From Octopus vulgaris (lineage: Eukaryota), in NCBI GenBank assembly GCA_951406725.2, contig OX597827.1, forward strand, positions 69,502,001 through 69,566,000: a DNA stretch of 64,000 bases, written 5' to 3'. Both the position numbers and the translations under genes were made by a program. Positions 25,690 to 39,466 of the stretch are shown piece after piece (position 1 is the first letter of the stretch; each line of letters starts with the position of its first letter). Below the pieces are notes generated by a model. The model made no database searches and was not told the DNA's origin. It worked only from the letters and a program-made list of their open reading frames with translations.

Positions 25690-25738
25690 GAATAAAGAGA
25701 GAAAGGGAGAGAGAGAGAGATTAAAAGAGAGAAAGTGT

Positions 25739-25771
<33 letters not shown>

Positions 25772-26345
25772 GTAGAGCAAGAGATAGAAAGACAGAATGG
25801 GTAATAGATAGATAGGGAGAAATATATGAAGATTATGTGAATGAGAAAGAGAGAGAGAGAGAGATGGAAGTAAAGATTGTGTAAATGAGGGATAGAAATA
25901 GTGAGGGAGACAGAGGGTAACAGACAGATAGACAGAGATGATAGAGAGAAAGAGAGAGTGGATGATAGAAAGAGAGAAATATGGTGATAGATACAGAGAA
26001 AGAGGAGAGAGAAAGGATAAGCAGATAGAAGCAACGACTGAGTGATAGATAGATAGATAAAGAGAGAGAGAGAGAGAGAGGGCAAGAAATAGATAGAAAA
26101 AGAGAGACAGAGGATGACAGACAGATAGAAAGAGAGAAATATGGTGATAGATATATATATATATAGAGAGAGAGAAAGGATAAGCAGATAGAAGCAACGA
26201 CTGAGTGATAGATAGATAGATAGATAAAGAGAGAGAGAGAGAGAGCAAGAAATAGATAGAAATAGATAGAAAGAGAGAGACAGACAGATAGAAAGAGATG
26301 ATAGAAAGAAATGATAGAGACAGAGAGATAGAGAGATAAAGAGAG
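25690..26345. repeat. GA/GATA-rich low-complexity tract containing a ~165-bp internal duplication
   Basis: GAAAGGATAAGCAGATAGAAGCAACGACTGAGTGATAG occurs twice. Confidence 0.85.
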
Positions 26346-26618
26346 CTACTTCCACTTCCCCCAAGCAAGCAACTCCATGATGTCTGTTTATGATAGGAAC
26401 ACAGAAACAAGTGAGACGCACTTCTCTGTTGCTCCAAGGTTTATTTACTCATCTCAAGGTTGTTATACGAGTTTGAGAGGTTTCTGGTGTAAAGAGGAAG
26501 TAAAAACAACAACAACAACAACAACAACCACCACCAACAGTAAATATATACACTGCTTTCCTTTCATGATACATACATACATACAAGTGTGTGTCAAATA
26601 ACTGAAACAAGTAAAAGA

Positions 26619-26678
<60 letters not shown>

Positions 26679-26894
26679 TCTTTTACTGGTTTCAGTTATC
26701 TGACTGTGGCCATGCTGGAGCACCGCCTTTAGTCGAGCAAATCGACCCCAGGACTTATTTTTTGTAAGCCTAGTACTTACTCTGTCGGCCTCTTTTGACG
26801 AACCGCTAGGTTATGGGGATGTAAACACACCAGCATCGGTTGTCAAGCGATGTTGTGGGACAAATACAGGTACACATACACACACTTATATATG

Positions 26895-26929
<35 letters not shown>

Positions 26930-27409
26930 GTATATATATGATGGGCTTCTTTCAGTTTCCGTCTACCAAATCCATTCCCAAGGCTTTGGTCGGCCTGAGG
27001 CTATAGTAGAAGACAATTGTTGCCCAAGGTGCCATGCAGTGGGACTGAACCAGAAACCATGTGGCTGGTAAGCAAGCTACTTACCACACAGCCACTCTTG
27101 TGCCTATATATATATATATACACTTTTAATCTTTTACTTATTTCAGTCATCTGACTGTGGCCAAGCTGGACGCCGCCTTAAAGGGTTTTTAGTCAAAGAA
27201 ATCAACACCAGGACTTATTCTTTGTAAGCCTAGTACTTATTCTATCGGCTTCTTTTGCTGAGCTACTAAGTTACAGGGAGGTAAACACACCAACATTGGT
27301 TGTCAAGCAATGGCAGAGGGACAAACACACACACACATAAATATATAAAGATATATAAATATATATTCTTTTATTTTTTAAAAATCTTCTGTTACTTGTT
27401 TCATGGGCT

Positions 27410-27910
27410 GTGGGGGCCACAGCACATGGAGAACTAGCCTGTAGATTTAGAAAAGCTCCGAAGAAGACCAAACTCAACATTAAGATTGTTGAAAAGCCAG
27501 AGAACTCCATCAGATCACAACTATGTAGGATGTACCCCTTTGAGAATACCATATGCACCAATGATAACTGCATGGTATGTAGGATTAGCCCTGGCATTAA
27601 CTGTAGAATTCGAAATGTAGTTTACAGCATAAGCTACATAGAAGGTGCTTGTAAAGTCATGAACATGACGTACATAGGGGAGACATCTAGGAGTATTGCG
27701 GAACGACTAAATGAACATCTGAGACAATATGACGACAAAAAACAGTCCTCCATACTCTACCAACATGCCAAGGACCACCATGGAGGCAACTTGGGTCAAC
27801 TCGACATCCCCATCTTATCCAAGCACCCAAAAGACACAACACTCAGACAAATACGGGAGTACGTCCTTACAAATGAAACTTCCCCAATACTAAATAGGAA
27901 ATATACATAG
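27410..27910 (+). mobile_element. Penelope-like element fragment encoding a GIY-YIG endonuclease domain
   Basis: 166-aa ORF with NVVYSISY...TYIGETSRSIAERLNEH, an upstream Cys-rich linker and a terminal E..ILN. No RT present. Lies inside the microsatellite of a minus-strand SINE (27130-28190). Confidence 0.85.
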
Positions 27911-29588
27911 TAGATATCATACCTCCATACCCATGGTTTACACAGGTAGAGTAGAATAGTTAGTGGGCTGTTATGTAGATAGATGTATGTATGTGTGTGT
28001 GTGGGTGTGAGTGTGTATGTACATGAATGGGCTTCTTTCAGTTTCTGTCTACCAAATTCACTCACAAGGTTTTGGTCAGCTTGAGGCTATAGTAAAAGTC
28101 ACTTGCCCAGGTGCCATGCAGTGAGACCGAACCCAGAACCACGAGGTTGGGAAGCGAGCTTCTTGCCACACAGCCATGCCTGCTCCTATGTATAAACCTT
28201 TACTTTTAGATGTTTACAGTTATTCTTCATTTTGTAAACAGTCACAGACACATCCGTGTACACACACACACACACACACAAATACACAGAGAAACTTGTG
28301 AACATACACACCCATACTTAGCCGTTACTTAACGGTTTGGCAAAGGAGACCGATAGAATAAGTACTGGGCTTACAAAAGAATAAGTCCCAGGGTCGAGTT
28401 GCTCGACTAAAGGCGGTGCTCCAGCATGGCTGCAGTCAAATGACTGAAACAAGTAAAAGAGTAAAGAGTAAAAAAGTATACACAGAATCCAGGAGAACCT
28501 TCCTGTGCCATAGGCTATCACCACTAAATAGGTTGGGTTACTGCTGGGTCAAAGCTGACCTGCAGCTATGGAACACCTAAATTACAAGATGAGGCTTAGA
28601 GGGGAGAGGTGGGTGGGCAAGCAATCATCAGTTTTGGTTGTACTTCAAAGAGACAAGCCTGTTTCTTGCAGGCATAACATAAACAACAAAATTAGAAAAG
28701 GAAAAAAAAAAAACTAAAATAAAAAATGTCTCTTATCATTTATGTCAAGGGAATCTGAAAACAAGTAAACCTATAGTTTCTTTGTAACTGATCTAAACAC
28801 ACACACACACACACACACAACCATACACATACATATACACACAGATATACAGATCTGACTGGCCTGGTGCAGCCTTCGGGCTTGGCAGACCCCAGTTGAA
28901 CCGTCCAACCCATGCTAGCATGGAAAGCGGATGTTAAACGATGATGATGATGATACACACACACACACACACACATATCTATTTACATACATGCACATAT
29001 ACATCACACACATATTTACACATATGTGGATATATATGTATGTATATATATATATATATAGGCGTAGGAGTGGCCGTGTGGTAAGTAGCTTGCTTACCAA
29101 CCACATGGTTCCGGGTTCAGTTCTACTGTGTGGCACCTTGGGCAAGTGTCTTCTACTACAGCCTTGGGATGACCAAAGCCTTGTGAGTGGATCTGGTAGA
29201 TGGAAACTGAAAGAAGCCCAACGTATATGTATGTGTGTGTCTGTCCCTCCTCCATCGCTTGACAACCAGTGTTGGTGTGTTTACGTCCCTGTAACTTAGC
29301 GGTTCAACAAAAGCAACCAACAGAATAAGTACTAGGCTTACAAAGAATGAATCCTGAGGTTGATTTGACGAAATGCAGTGCTCCAGCATGATCACAGTCA
29401 AAACAACTGAAACAAAGGAGTGGCTGTGTGGTAAAGTAGCTTGCTTACAAACCACATGGTTCCGGGTTCAGTCCCACTGCGTGACACCTTGGGCAAGTGT
29501 CTTGTACTATAGCCTCGGGCCGACCAAAGCTTTGTGAGTGGATTTGGTAGACGGAAACTGAAAGAAGCCCGTCGCATATATATCTATA

Positions 29589-29635
<47 letters not shown>

Positions 29636-30834
29636 GTAGGTATGTTTGTCCCCCCAACATCGCTTGACAACCAATGGTAGTATGTTTATGTCCCCATAAC
29701 TTAGCGGTTCGGCAAAAAAGACCAATAGAATAAGTACTAGGCCTACAAAGAATAAGTCCTGGGGTTGATTTGCTTGACTAAAGGCGGTGCTCCAGCATGG
29801 CCACACTCAACTGAAACAAGTAAAAGACTATATATATATATATATATATACATACACACATATACAACTATATACACACACACATATTCACACAACTACA
29901 TACATACAATAAGATATAGGACAGAGAGTATACATTACTGACCTGATTACCAAATATTTTCACAAGGCATGAGGTGGTGGGGAAGAGAGGAGAGGAAGAA
30001 GATTGGACAAGATAAAGAGAAAACAAACAAACGAAAAAGAAACAAAAAAATCCCCCCCCAACAAAATAGTTATTATCCCCCATATGAAAAAGAAGAGCTA
30101 TTTTCATCCAGCCATTAGCAAAACTGGATTGCAAGTGGCAGGATGTAAACGTAGAGTTAATTAACTCTTTTTCGTTTAGGCTTCTAATGAATAGCAGCTT
30201 GTGTTCATTTGTATGTTTAACATCTGTTATTCTATGCTGGCATGGGTTAGAAGGGAGGATATATTATCGAGGCAGGATTTTAAGGTTGGATGCTCTTGCT
30301 AATAGCTTGCTAACTCTTGGGTATTTTTTTCCTTTTTTTCTAAATAAGGGATCATTTTCTCCACACGGCTTTGAAGGCATGCAATGGAAGTACCTGTATG
30401 AATTTCCTGACTCGAGAAACCAACAACAACAATAACAACAACAACAGCACTGACCACTGCACTTCTGTACAAGTGATTGCAGATGTAAACACAAGCCCAC
30501 ATGCGTGTGTTTGTGTGTATTCTTGTTTGTATTTGTCCAACCAGTGCTGGTTTGTTTATGTCCCTGCAAGTTAGTGATTTGGCAAAAGTGACCGATAAAA
30601 TAATTTAACAAGATTAAAAAACAACAAAAACTAGTACTGGGGTTGATTTGTTTGTCTGAACCCTTCAAAGCAGTGCCCCAGCCTGGTCACAGTCCAATGA
30701 CCTAAACAAGTGAAAATAAAGGGTAAAATTTATTAAACAAAATTAATTAATTAATTAATCAATAATTTTACCAAGTAGATCGGTACGTTAATAGATCGGT
30801 ACATTAAAATAACCCAGGTTCGAAATTTCCCCAA

Positions 30835-30880
30835 GACACCTGATGAAGGCTGGAGGGTACATCAGCCGAAACGTCGTGTT
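30835..30880 (+). ncRNA. Minimal type I hammerhead ribozyme motif (Penelope-type)
   Basis: GACAC-CTGATGA-A-GGCTG(GAGGGTACAT)CAGCC-GAAAC-GTC-GTGTT. Confidence 0.75.
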
Positions 30881-30974
30881 AGTAACAAACAAGATGAGGA
30901 CAAATATCCGTCAAATGTAAATAATGTAAATGAAGTGAGTCTTGTCCGATCTCTGTAGTAGTAGTAGTAATAGT

Positions 30975-31870
30975 AGTAGGCATCCATCGGTCTTGAGGCC
31001 ATGGATCTGCGCCCAAAGAAATTAAGTCAGCTGCTGATGATGGCACAGTGTCTGTTGTGACTGCACAGGTCCACACAGGAATGGCAGTCATGCATACAGT
31101 GACTGCATTTGAAGGAGTTCTCTGCCGGTGCTGAGGATTTTTCCTTCCGTTGAATACACTTTTCTCTGATGGCAAGAACCTGTTTTCCTTCCGCTCCCTT
31201 CATTCCCTTTCGTAGTATTTGCCTCCAGTGTGGGCAATCATTTGTAACCGCCTTCCATCTCAGCGCGTCCAAATTAAGTGACTTCATATCTCTCTTACAG
31301 ACATCTTTGAAACGAAGACAAGGTCGTCCTCGTACCCTTGTGTCGGTGACCAATTCCCCATACAGGAGGTCTTTGGGATCCTTCTATCTGGCATGCATGA
31401 CTGAGCCAGCACAAACGACACTGCTGGAGCAAGATGTGTATGCTGGGTATCTTGGCTCAGTTGAGGACTTTGGTATCGGTGCTGTGGTTTGTCCACTTGA
31501 TGTCCAAGATGCATCTTAGATAAGTTAGCGGTTTAGCAAAAGGAAAGAGACCGATAGAATAAGTACCAGGCTTACAAAGAATAAGTCTTGGGGTCAATTT
31601 CTTCAATTAAAACTTTTAAGGCAGTGCTCCATCATGGCCACAGTCAAATGACTGAAGCAAGTAGAGATAAAAGTTAAAAAGGTGAAAAATGTTGAGATGC
31701 CACTCTTGTCTAGAGTAGAGGCCCCATGTCTCACTGCCATAAAGTAGCGTACTAAGGATGCACACCTTAAAGACCACAATTTTGGTGTTTGCAGCCAGTT
31801 CTTTGTTTTCCCAGACTCTCTTTGTGAGCCTGGTAAATGTGGAAGATGTTTGTGCGATTTGCCTGTTATA
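30975..31870 (-). mobile_element. RTE-clade LINE 3' fragment with a C-terminal C2H2-like finger, interrupted at ~31520-31680
   Basis: TLLYGSETW, MPDRRIPK, RGRPCLRFKDVCKRDMK and FKCSHC...SHNRHC motifs. (TAC)n tail. Confidence 0.85.
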
Positions 31871-33019
31871 TTCAAGCATGGGAAAAGAGATAACAACGGT
31901 GATGGTGGTGGTGATGGTGATGAGACAAACGTGTATATACGTTGGTGTAACCATAACAACACATAGCCTTAGGTCTGTCTGTGTGGTGGTGGTGGTGGTT
32001 AATAGCTATGCACATGATCCTCATGGAAATCGAAGTCTTTCTTTTTAACTTTTATCTCTACTTGCTTCAGTCATTTGACTGTGGCCATGATGGAGCACTG
32101 CCTTAAAGGGTTTTAACTGAAGAAATTGACCCCAAGACTTATTGTTTGTAAGCCTGGTACTTATTCTATCGGTCTCTTTTTTTTGCTAAACCGCTAACTT
32201 ATGAGGATGTAAACACACCAACACCGATTGTGAAGCAATGGTGGTGGTGGTGGCAGGGGCACAGACACACACACAATGGGTTTATTTCAGTTTCTGCCTA
32301 CCAAATCCACTCATAAAGCTTTTGCAGGCCTGAGGCTATAGTAGAAGACACCTAAGTGCCATGCAGTGGGACTGAACCCGGAACCATGTGGTTGGGAAAC
32401 AAGCTTCTTACCACACAGTCATGCCTGTACCTGTTTGTATATGAATTTTGCAGAACTGCAGGGAGGCGGGGAGATCACAGGGGCTGTGATACAAATGCTT
32501 TTTCCCTGGCTCCCTCAACATAGCCAAATGTGAGAAAGTGTGTGTTTGTGTGTATGAGAAAGAGAGAGAAATATATAGGTATGATTTCATGAATAAATAT
32601 TTGCCTCTCTTTTTTTTCTTATTCACTCCAGGAGATTAAAAAAAAATTAATTTGCATAACAAGAACCTAATTTCAGCAGTTTTCACCCCAAGAAGAATGC
32701 ACCAAAAAAACCTTTGTATTTATACATAGCAAATGGAGTAGAGTGGCGGGGGTGGGGTGGGGGAGAAAGACACCTAGAAACCATCTTGACATGTGAAGGA
32801 GATAAGAGAAAGACAAACAAGGAAAAGAAGCAAATAAATAAATAAATAAATAAAAGTGATTGATAAGAGCCATAGAGATAGATAGATGGGTGGGGTCGGG
32901 GGGGGGGGAAGGAAAAAGTGTTAAATACAAGCTAAACTGTACATAGATAAGGGACCGACATCTGGAAGTGATTTAGGATGACTAACAATAACCAATGTCA
33001 AAAGGTCAATGATGTGTAC

Positions 33020-33082
<63 letters not shown>

Positions 33083-33710
33083 AGGGAGGGGACCCAAAGC
33101 CAGGAATATGTTATCAATAAATTTTGAAACAGTTGTTGTGGAAGTGCATCACTGACCAGGTAATAATAGTGCAATGGAATTTCTGATACCCAAGAAATAA
33201 ATGTAGAGTAAGCCTAACAGTTAAAACCTAATACTAAAAGACACTTGCTCAAGGTGCCGTGCAGTGGGACTGAACCTGGAACTATGTGGTTGGGAAGCGA
33301 ACTTCCTATCACACAGCCATGCATATCATCATCGTTTAACAGCCGTTTCCCATGCTGGCATGTTTTGGACAGCTTGACAGGAGCTGGCCTTGGCCAGGCT
33401 TCATGTCTATTTTGGCATGGTTTCTACAGCTGGATGCCCTTCCTAATGCCAACCCCATAACAGAGTGTACTGGGTGCTTTTATGTCCGATATATAGAGAA
33501 GGGCAGAGAGAGAGCAGGAGATGCAGTAGATGACATTCGTAGAAGTGCAGGTGAAGGAGTCAGTGATATGATAGGGTCGATGATGGGTGCCAGTGAGGAG
33601 AGTGGTGATGGAGAGCTTAAGGGCAAGTACAGCAGTATGGGTGGGAGCAGGGGAACGAGCTGGGTTGAGAGGTTGGGTTAGTTAAATGACTGAAACAAGT
33701 AAGAGTAAAA

Positions 33711-33753
<43 letters not shown>

Positions 33754-34447
33754 TGAAAAATATAAACTGGGACAAGAATGTAAAACATTTAGAAGACGAT
33801 ACAAAAAACACGGACAGGACATTCGAAGCCTTCAATCTTCAGTCAAGAACCGGATCATCCTCGCAATTTCGGCTGATTAATATATACACACACACACACA
33901 CATACATCAAACACACAAACGTGTGTGTGTGTATGAGAACACTTGACTGTCATAGACTTTCAGGTGTTAACACTCAGCGTTATGAAGGGAGCTCCCCCCC
34001 CCAGGATACTATCCCACAACACATTTAGCACATAAACAAAAAACATATGCAATGTGAAAAAACAAAAAAAAAAGAGGGTAAAGGTCATCTTCTTGAATCA
34101 TGTCCACTCATAAGGGCCGGTTTCCCAGTTTTATGGCGTATATATTCCCCACCTGGATGGGATGCTGGTCCATTGCGGGATTACTCACATTTCCCAGCTG
34201 GAGTAACACAAAATGAAGTGTTTTGCTCAAGAACACAAGACACTGCCTGGTCCTGGAATCAAAACTGCAATCTCATGATCAGGAGTCCAGCACCCTAAGC
34301 ACTAAGCCACACCCGTCCACCACACTCTATGTATGTGCGACCAATAATGTTCACGTTACTAGAGATGTATTTATTCTGTAATTTAATTTTCTTTAATGTA
34401 GTATGCTGCAGCACATCAGCAAATAGATTTTAGTCTATTTGCATATC

Positions 34448-34651
34448 CATGGAGAAGGACATCATGCTCGGAATGGTCAGTGGCAAGAGAGGAAGAGGCC
34501 GACCAAGAACCCGCTGGCTTGACACCATCAAGAGTGATACCGGAATGGACATAGCCAATCTGAAAGAAGTGGCCCAGGATAGAACTGACTGGAGGACACT
34601 GATCCAACGAGTGACCGAGAGTCGACTTTGACTGAGCGGATAGATAGATAG
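34448..34651 (+). mobile_element. RTE/BovB-like LINE 3' end
   Basis: MEKDIMLGMVSGKRGRGRPRTRWLD...DRTDWR. (GATA)n tail. TSD-like ATT(T/C)GCATATC on both sides. Confidence 0.8.
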
Positions 34652-35844
34652 ATTCGCATATCAGACCCTGACCAATGGCTCACTTTGTTTCGAGATGATC
34701 CAAGTACAAGGTATTGATATACCACAATCATCATCATCATCGTTGTTTAATGTCCGCTTTCCATGCTAGCATGGGTTGGACGATTTTGACTGAGGGTTGG
34801 CGAACCAGATGGCTGCACCAGGCTCCAATTTTGATCTGGCAGAGTTTCTACAGCTCGATGCCCTTCCTAACGCCAACCACTCCAAGAGTGTAGTGGGTGC
34901 TTTTTACGTGCCACTGGTACAGGGGCCAGTCAGGCGGTACTGGCAACGACCTTGCTCGAATCTTTTTACACATGCCACTGGCACAGGTGCCAGTAAGGCG
35001 ATGCTGGTAACAATCACACTCAAATGGTGCCCTTTCACGTTCCACCGGCACGGAAGCCAGTTAGCCGCTCTGGCAACGATCATGCTCGGATGGTGCTCTT
35101 AGCACCCTACAAGCACGGACACAAGTGCCAGTAAGGTGATGCCGATAACGATCACACTCGAATGGTACCTTTTATGTACCACTAGCACGGAAGCCGCTCT
35201 GTCAACGATCACACTCGTATGGTGCTCTTTGCACTCCGCTAGCACGGATGCCAGTCATTGCATTTGATTTCGATTTCACTTGCCTCAACAGATCTTCACA
35301 AGCCGAGTTTAGTGTCCAAAGAAGGAAAAGGTACGCATAAGCAGGCTGGTTATGCCCCTGGCATAGGCCACGAGGTTATGGTCTCCTTTGGCTTGCCAGG
35401 TCTTCTCACGCACATCATATTTCCAAGAGTCTCGGTCACTAGTCATTTCCTTGGTGAGGCCTATGGTGAAATTTCATGATTCCAAGGCGAGCTACCCTGC
35501 CTGGTCTATGACATTCAGAGGCATTCATTGTTTAGCACTCAGCATCACATAGGGAGCTTTTCCCTAAATACTATCCCTCAACAAATTTGGCATATAAACA
35601 AGACATACGTTATGTCTGTGCAATCAATGTTTTCATTGTGAGAGCAGCTTTTAATTTGTAACACACACAAACACACACAGGTTTCTGAATTTAATAAGGC
35701 AATAACTGAAAGCTCATAATACATAATCCGGCTAAGCATTATTTAGTTAAGCTCCCTACCACCTCCAACTTCAATGACAACACAATACAACTTGGGAACA
35801 GGTGGTATGTGAAATTAGGAGAGAATATATATATATCAACACTC

Positions 35845-35879
<35 letters not shown>

Positions 35880-35989
35880 AATTCTATAATTATAAGCGTA
35901 ATTATAATTAGGGTTCAGCAAATTGCTTCACCACATACTGAAATTTAGAAATAGCAGTTAAATACTATTCCTCTACCATAAGATATCTC

Positions 35990-35999
35990 CCAGATAGAC

Positions 36000-36042
<43 letters not shown>

Positions 36043-36219
36043 CAGATAGATAGAGATAGATATATAGAGACAGATAGATAGAAAGTCAGATAGATTGATA
36101 GATAGATAGATAGAGATATATAGATAGATAGATAGATAGATAGATAGACAGACAGATAGACAGAAAGTCAGACAGATTGAGAGATAGATAGATAGATAGA
36201 TAGATAGATATAGATAGAT

Positions 36220-36284
<65 letters not shown>

Positions 36285-36780
36285 AAGACAGACAGATAGA
36301 TAGACAGATATATATAAAATCAGCAAGCAGTGAGTGAAATAGCTATAGCTGCCTTGCAAGCCACATAGTAATAATATACTAGCAATCTAAGGTGGAGAGG
36401 TGCTTGAGATTCTTGTTCTAGCAACTGACTAGGATCCAGTTTAGATGTTCCACCCAAGTAAGCTGCTAATAGGACAAGGTTCCGCTTGGTTCAATTTAGA
36501 TGTTTGGAAAGGGCAGAGGGGGAGAGAGAGAGAAAAGAGAGAGGTAGGGAGAGAAAAGAGAGGGGTAGGGAGAAAAAGAGGGAGGTAGGGAGAGTAAGAG
36601 AGAGAGGTAGGGAGAGAAAGAGAGGTAGAGAGAAAAAGAGAGATAGGGAGAGAAAGAGGGGGTAGGGAAAGAAAGAGGTAGAGAGATAGGGAAAGAAAAG
36701 AGAGGGAGAGAAAAGAGAGAGAGAGAGAGAGGGAGAGCAAAAAGAGAGAGGTAGGAAAAGAGAGGTAGAGAGAAAAAGGT
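35990..36780. repeat. (GATA)n microsatellite and GA-rich tract
   Basis: Visible directly in the sequence. Confidence 0.9.
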
Positions 36781-37603
36781 AGTTTAAGTTACTTCGGTTT
36801 AAAACTGCTGAAAAATTAATTAGATAATTAGATAATGTGGTAATATTTCCCTATTATTGGAAACTTTATAGGCGCAGGAGTGGTTGTGTGGCAAGTAGCT
36901 TGCTTACCAACCACATGGTTCCGGGTTCAGTCCCACTGGCAAGTGTCTTCTACTATAGCCTCGGGCCAACCAAAGCCTTTTGAAAGGATTTGGTAGTCGG
37001 AAACTGAAAGAAGTCCCTGTGTGTATATGTTTGTCCCCCCAAAATCGCTTGACAACCGATGTTGGTGTGTTTACGTCCCCGTAACTTAGCAGTTCGGTAA
37101 ACAAGACCGATAGAATAAGTACAAGGCTTACAAAGAATAAGTCCTGGGGTCGATTTGCTCGACTAAAGGCGGTGCTCTAGCATGGCCGCAGTCAAATGAC
37201 TGAAACAAGTAAAACAATATGGTGGATTTCTTTAAGTTCCTGTCAACCAAAACTCACAAGCTTTTGCCCCCCTCCCCACCCTCAGTGCTATAATAGAAGA
37301 CAGTGCCCCAAGGTGCCGTGCAGTAGGATTGAACCGAAGTCCACATGGTTGGGAAACAAGCTTAACCACACAGCCAAAAAAAAAAAAAAGAGAGAGAAAA
37401 AGCAATAAAAGATCGTAATCAGTTACGTCTTAAACCACTTGATTAGTCTTAATTCTTAATCCTATATTTAATTAACTAATTAATTGAGAATAAAAGCTAC
37501 CTTATTGTCTCGACAACTGGAGCTATCGTAACTGATCTCCACCCGAGTTTCAATTAAAACTTTTAACTGCTGGCATTCCCTTTTCTGTGCGTGTATGTGC
37601 GTG

Positions 37604-37634
<31 letters not shown>

Positions 37635-37712
37635 CTCATTATTACTGTGGACATCATGTGGGCAGTCATCTAAAAGTTTTTGCTCTTCATGGTGCTGACA
37701 TAAGTTCCTTGT

Positions 37713-37795
37713 CTTTCCTGATGAGATGGCGGCATAATGCAGCCTTTATTCCTTCGGAATTAGGAATATGCAGCCTTCGAAACATGTGTCGAGAG
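37713..37795 (+). ncRNA. Type I hammerhead ribozyme motif with a long helix II
   Basis: CTTTC-CTGATGA-GATGGCGGCATA...TATGCAGCCTTC-GAAAC-ATGT-GTC-GAGAG. Confidence 0.7.
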
Positions 37796-37842
37796 TAAAG
37801 GAATTTTGTTAAAATCGTCATTCGACTCCATTCTTTCATTTA

Positions 37843-37892
<50 letters not shown>

Positions 37893-37946
37893 ATCCAAAC
37901 ATGAAAACACAACAATGCAAGGACGTGGAAAGGAAAGAAAGGAGGA

Positions 37947-37981
37947 TTTTAACGTTTCGAGCGGAGCACTTTGTCAGAAAC
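37947..37981 (-). ncRNA. Degenerate hammerhead-like motif
   Basis: Minus strand: GTTT-CTGACAA-A-GTGC(TCC)GCTC-GAAAC-GTT-AAAA. Confidence 0.4.
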
Positions 37982-38259
37982 ATAGGAAAAAGAAAGGTCC
38001 AAGGAAGGGAAGACAGAGGAAAAAATCGCCAACGACACACACACACACACACACGTATTTGTGTGTCATACTTATAACACCACCGCCATTTGACAACTGG
38101 TGTTGGTTAGACAACAGAACCGATAAAATAAGTGCCAAAGAAGTACTGTCCCAGCATGGCCGCTGTTCAAAGACTGAGACAAGTAAAAGTAATAATATAT
38201 AAGGTACACATACACGCTACTACAAAGTTCATAATTATAAACATATATGTATACATACA

Positions 38260-38269
<10 letters not shown>

Positions 38270-38291
<22 letters not shown>

Positions 38292-38679
38292 AAAGAAAAG
38301 TTGTGTTGTGTCTGTCTCCTACGATTTAGATTCCTAACTACTCCCACATTTTGCGGTGCAGTTTAACCAAAAGCCAGTATCTTATAGTCGTGATTCATAT
38401 CGAGCTCTTCTGGGTATTAGCGCGCGTCTAAGATGAGTCTACGATAAAAAAAAAATTTACCATCATTGTTTTCCATTTTAATGCATTTTTTTCGCTATTA
38501 TATAAGGGAAGTAACTCTCTAAAAATGTCTACGATGAGTCAACGATTAAAAAAAAAATTACCATAATTTTTTCCCCATTTTTAATGCATTTTTTGCTATT
38601 TTTTTGGCTATAACTCTCTAAAAATGCTTATATAGTTATTTCCCCTACAAACCCGAGCAACGCCGGGCGATACTGCTAG
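38270..38679 (+). mobile_element. Non-autonomous Helitron
   Basis: 3' hairpin CCCGAGCAACGCCGGG about 9 nt before CTAG|T. The 5' end is buried in (TA)nAAAA. Internal ~80-bp duplication. Confidence 0.75.
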
Positions 38680-38974
38680 TATATATATATATATACACAC
38701 ACACACACATGCTCTCTCTCTCACTTTCTCCCCATTCATCACCCTCTTGTACTATCTTATATCCCTCCCCACCACTACACACTCAATAACACTATAAAAT
38801 GGTCAAAATTTTTCCACAGGAACTTAGTTCCATTTGAAAACTCCACCAGGATGGACGAAAGCGCTAATATATATGATATAAGTTATATGATGTATAAAAA
38901 CATGCAATATACAAATAAATATCTGTAAATATAAAACCATCCGAATTTCTGAGTATCTCATTTCTTCTAATATA

Positions 38975-39083
38975 AAATACCTGTACATCATCTCCAAACC
39001 TTCTAATATATATATATATAAGTATATTAAATATATATATATACTACATAAACACAACAACACAATACCTGTACTAGATACAC

Positions 39084-39131
<48 letters not shown>

Positions 39132-39285
39132 ATACCTGTACATCATCTCCAAACCTTCTAATATATATATACATATACACACACACAATACCTGTACATC
39201 ATCTCCAAACCTTCTAATATATATATATATACACAGATATACATATGCACACACACATACAATACCTGTACATCATCTCCAAACC

Positions 39286-39300
<15 letters not shown>
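38975..39300. repeat. Tandem repeat AATACCTGTACATCATCTCCAAACCTTCTAA separated by (TA)n(CA)n
   Basis: Four full copies and one partial copy visible. Confidence 0.9.
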
Positions 39301-39341
<41 letters not shown>

Positions 39342-39466
39342 TACATACAGACAGACACATATGTATCTATAGAGGGAGAGAAAGAGAGTGAAGATTCACA
39401 AACACATACAACGATCGCCTATGGCAGTTTCGATTGTATACTAAATATATATAAATCCCAATTTAC

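Noticed and set aside
33812-33860. CTGAAGA...GAATGTC and CAGCCGAAA on the minus strand, as a possible hammerhead
   Set aside because: The core is incomplete and helix I cannot be formed convincingly. It may be a truncated Penelope end
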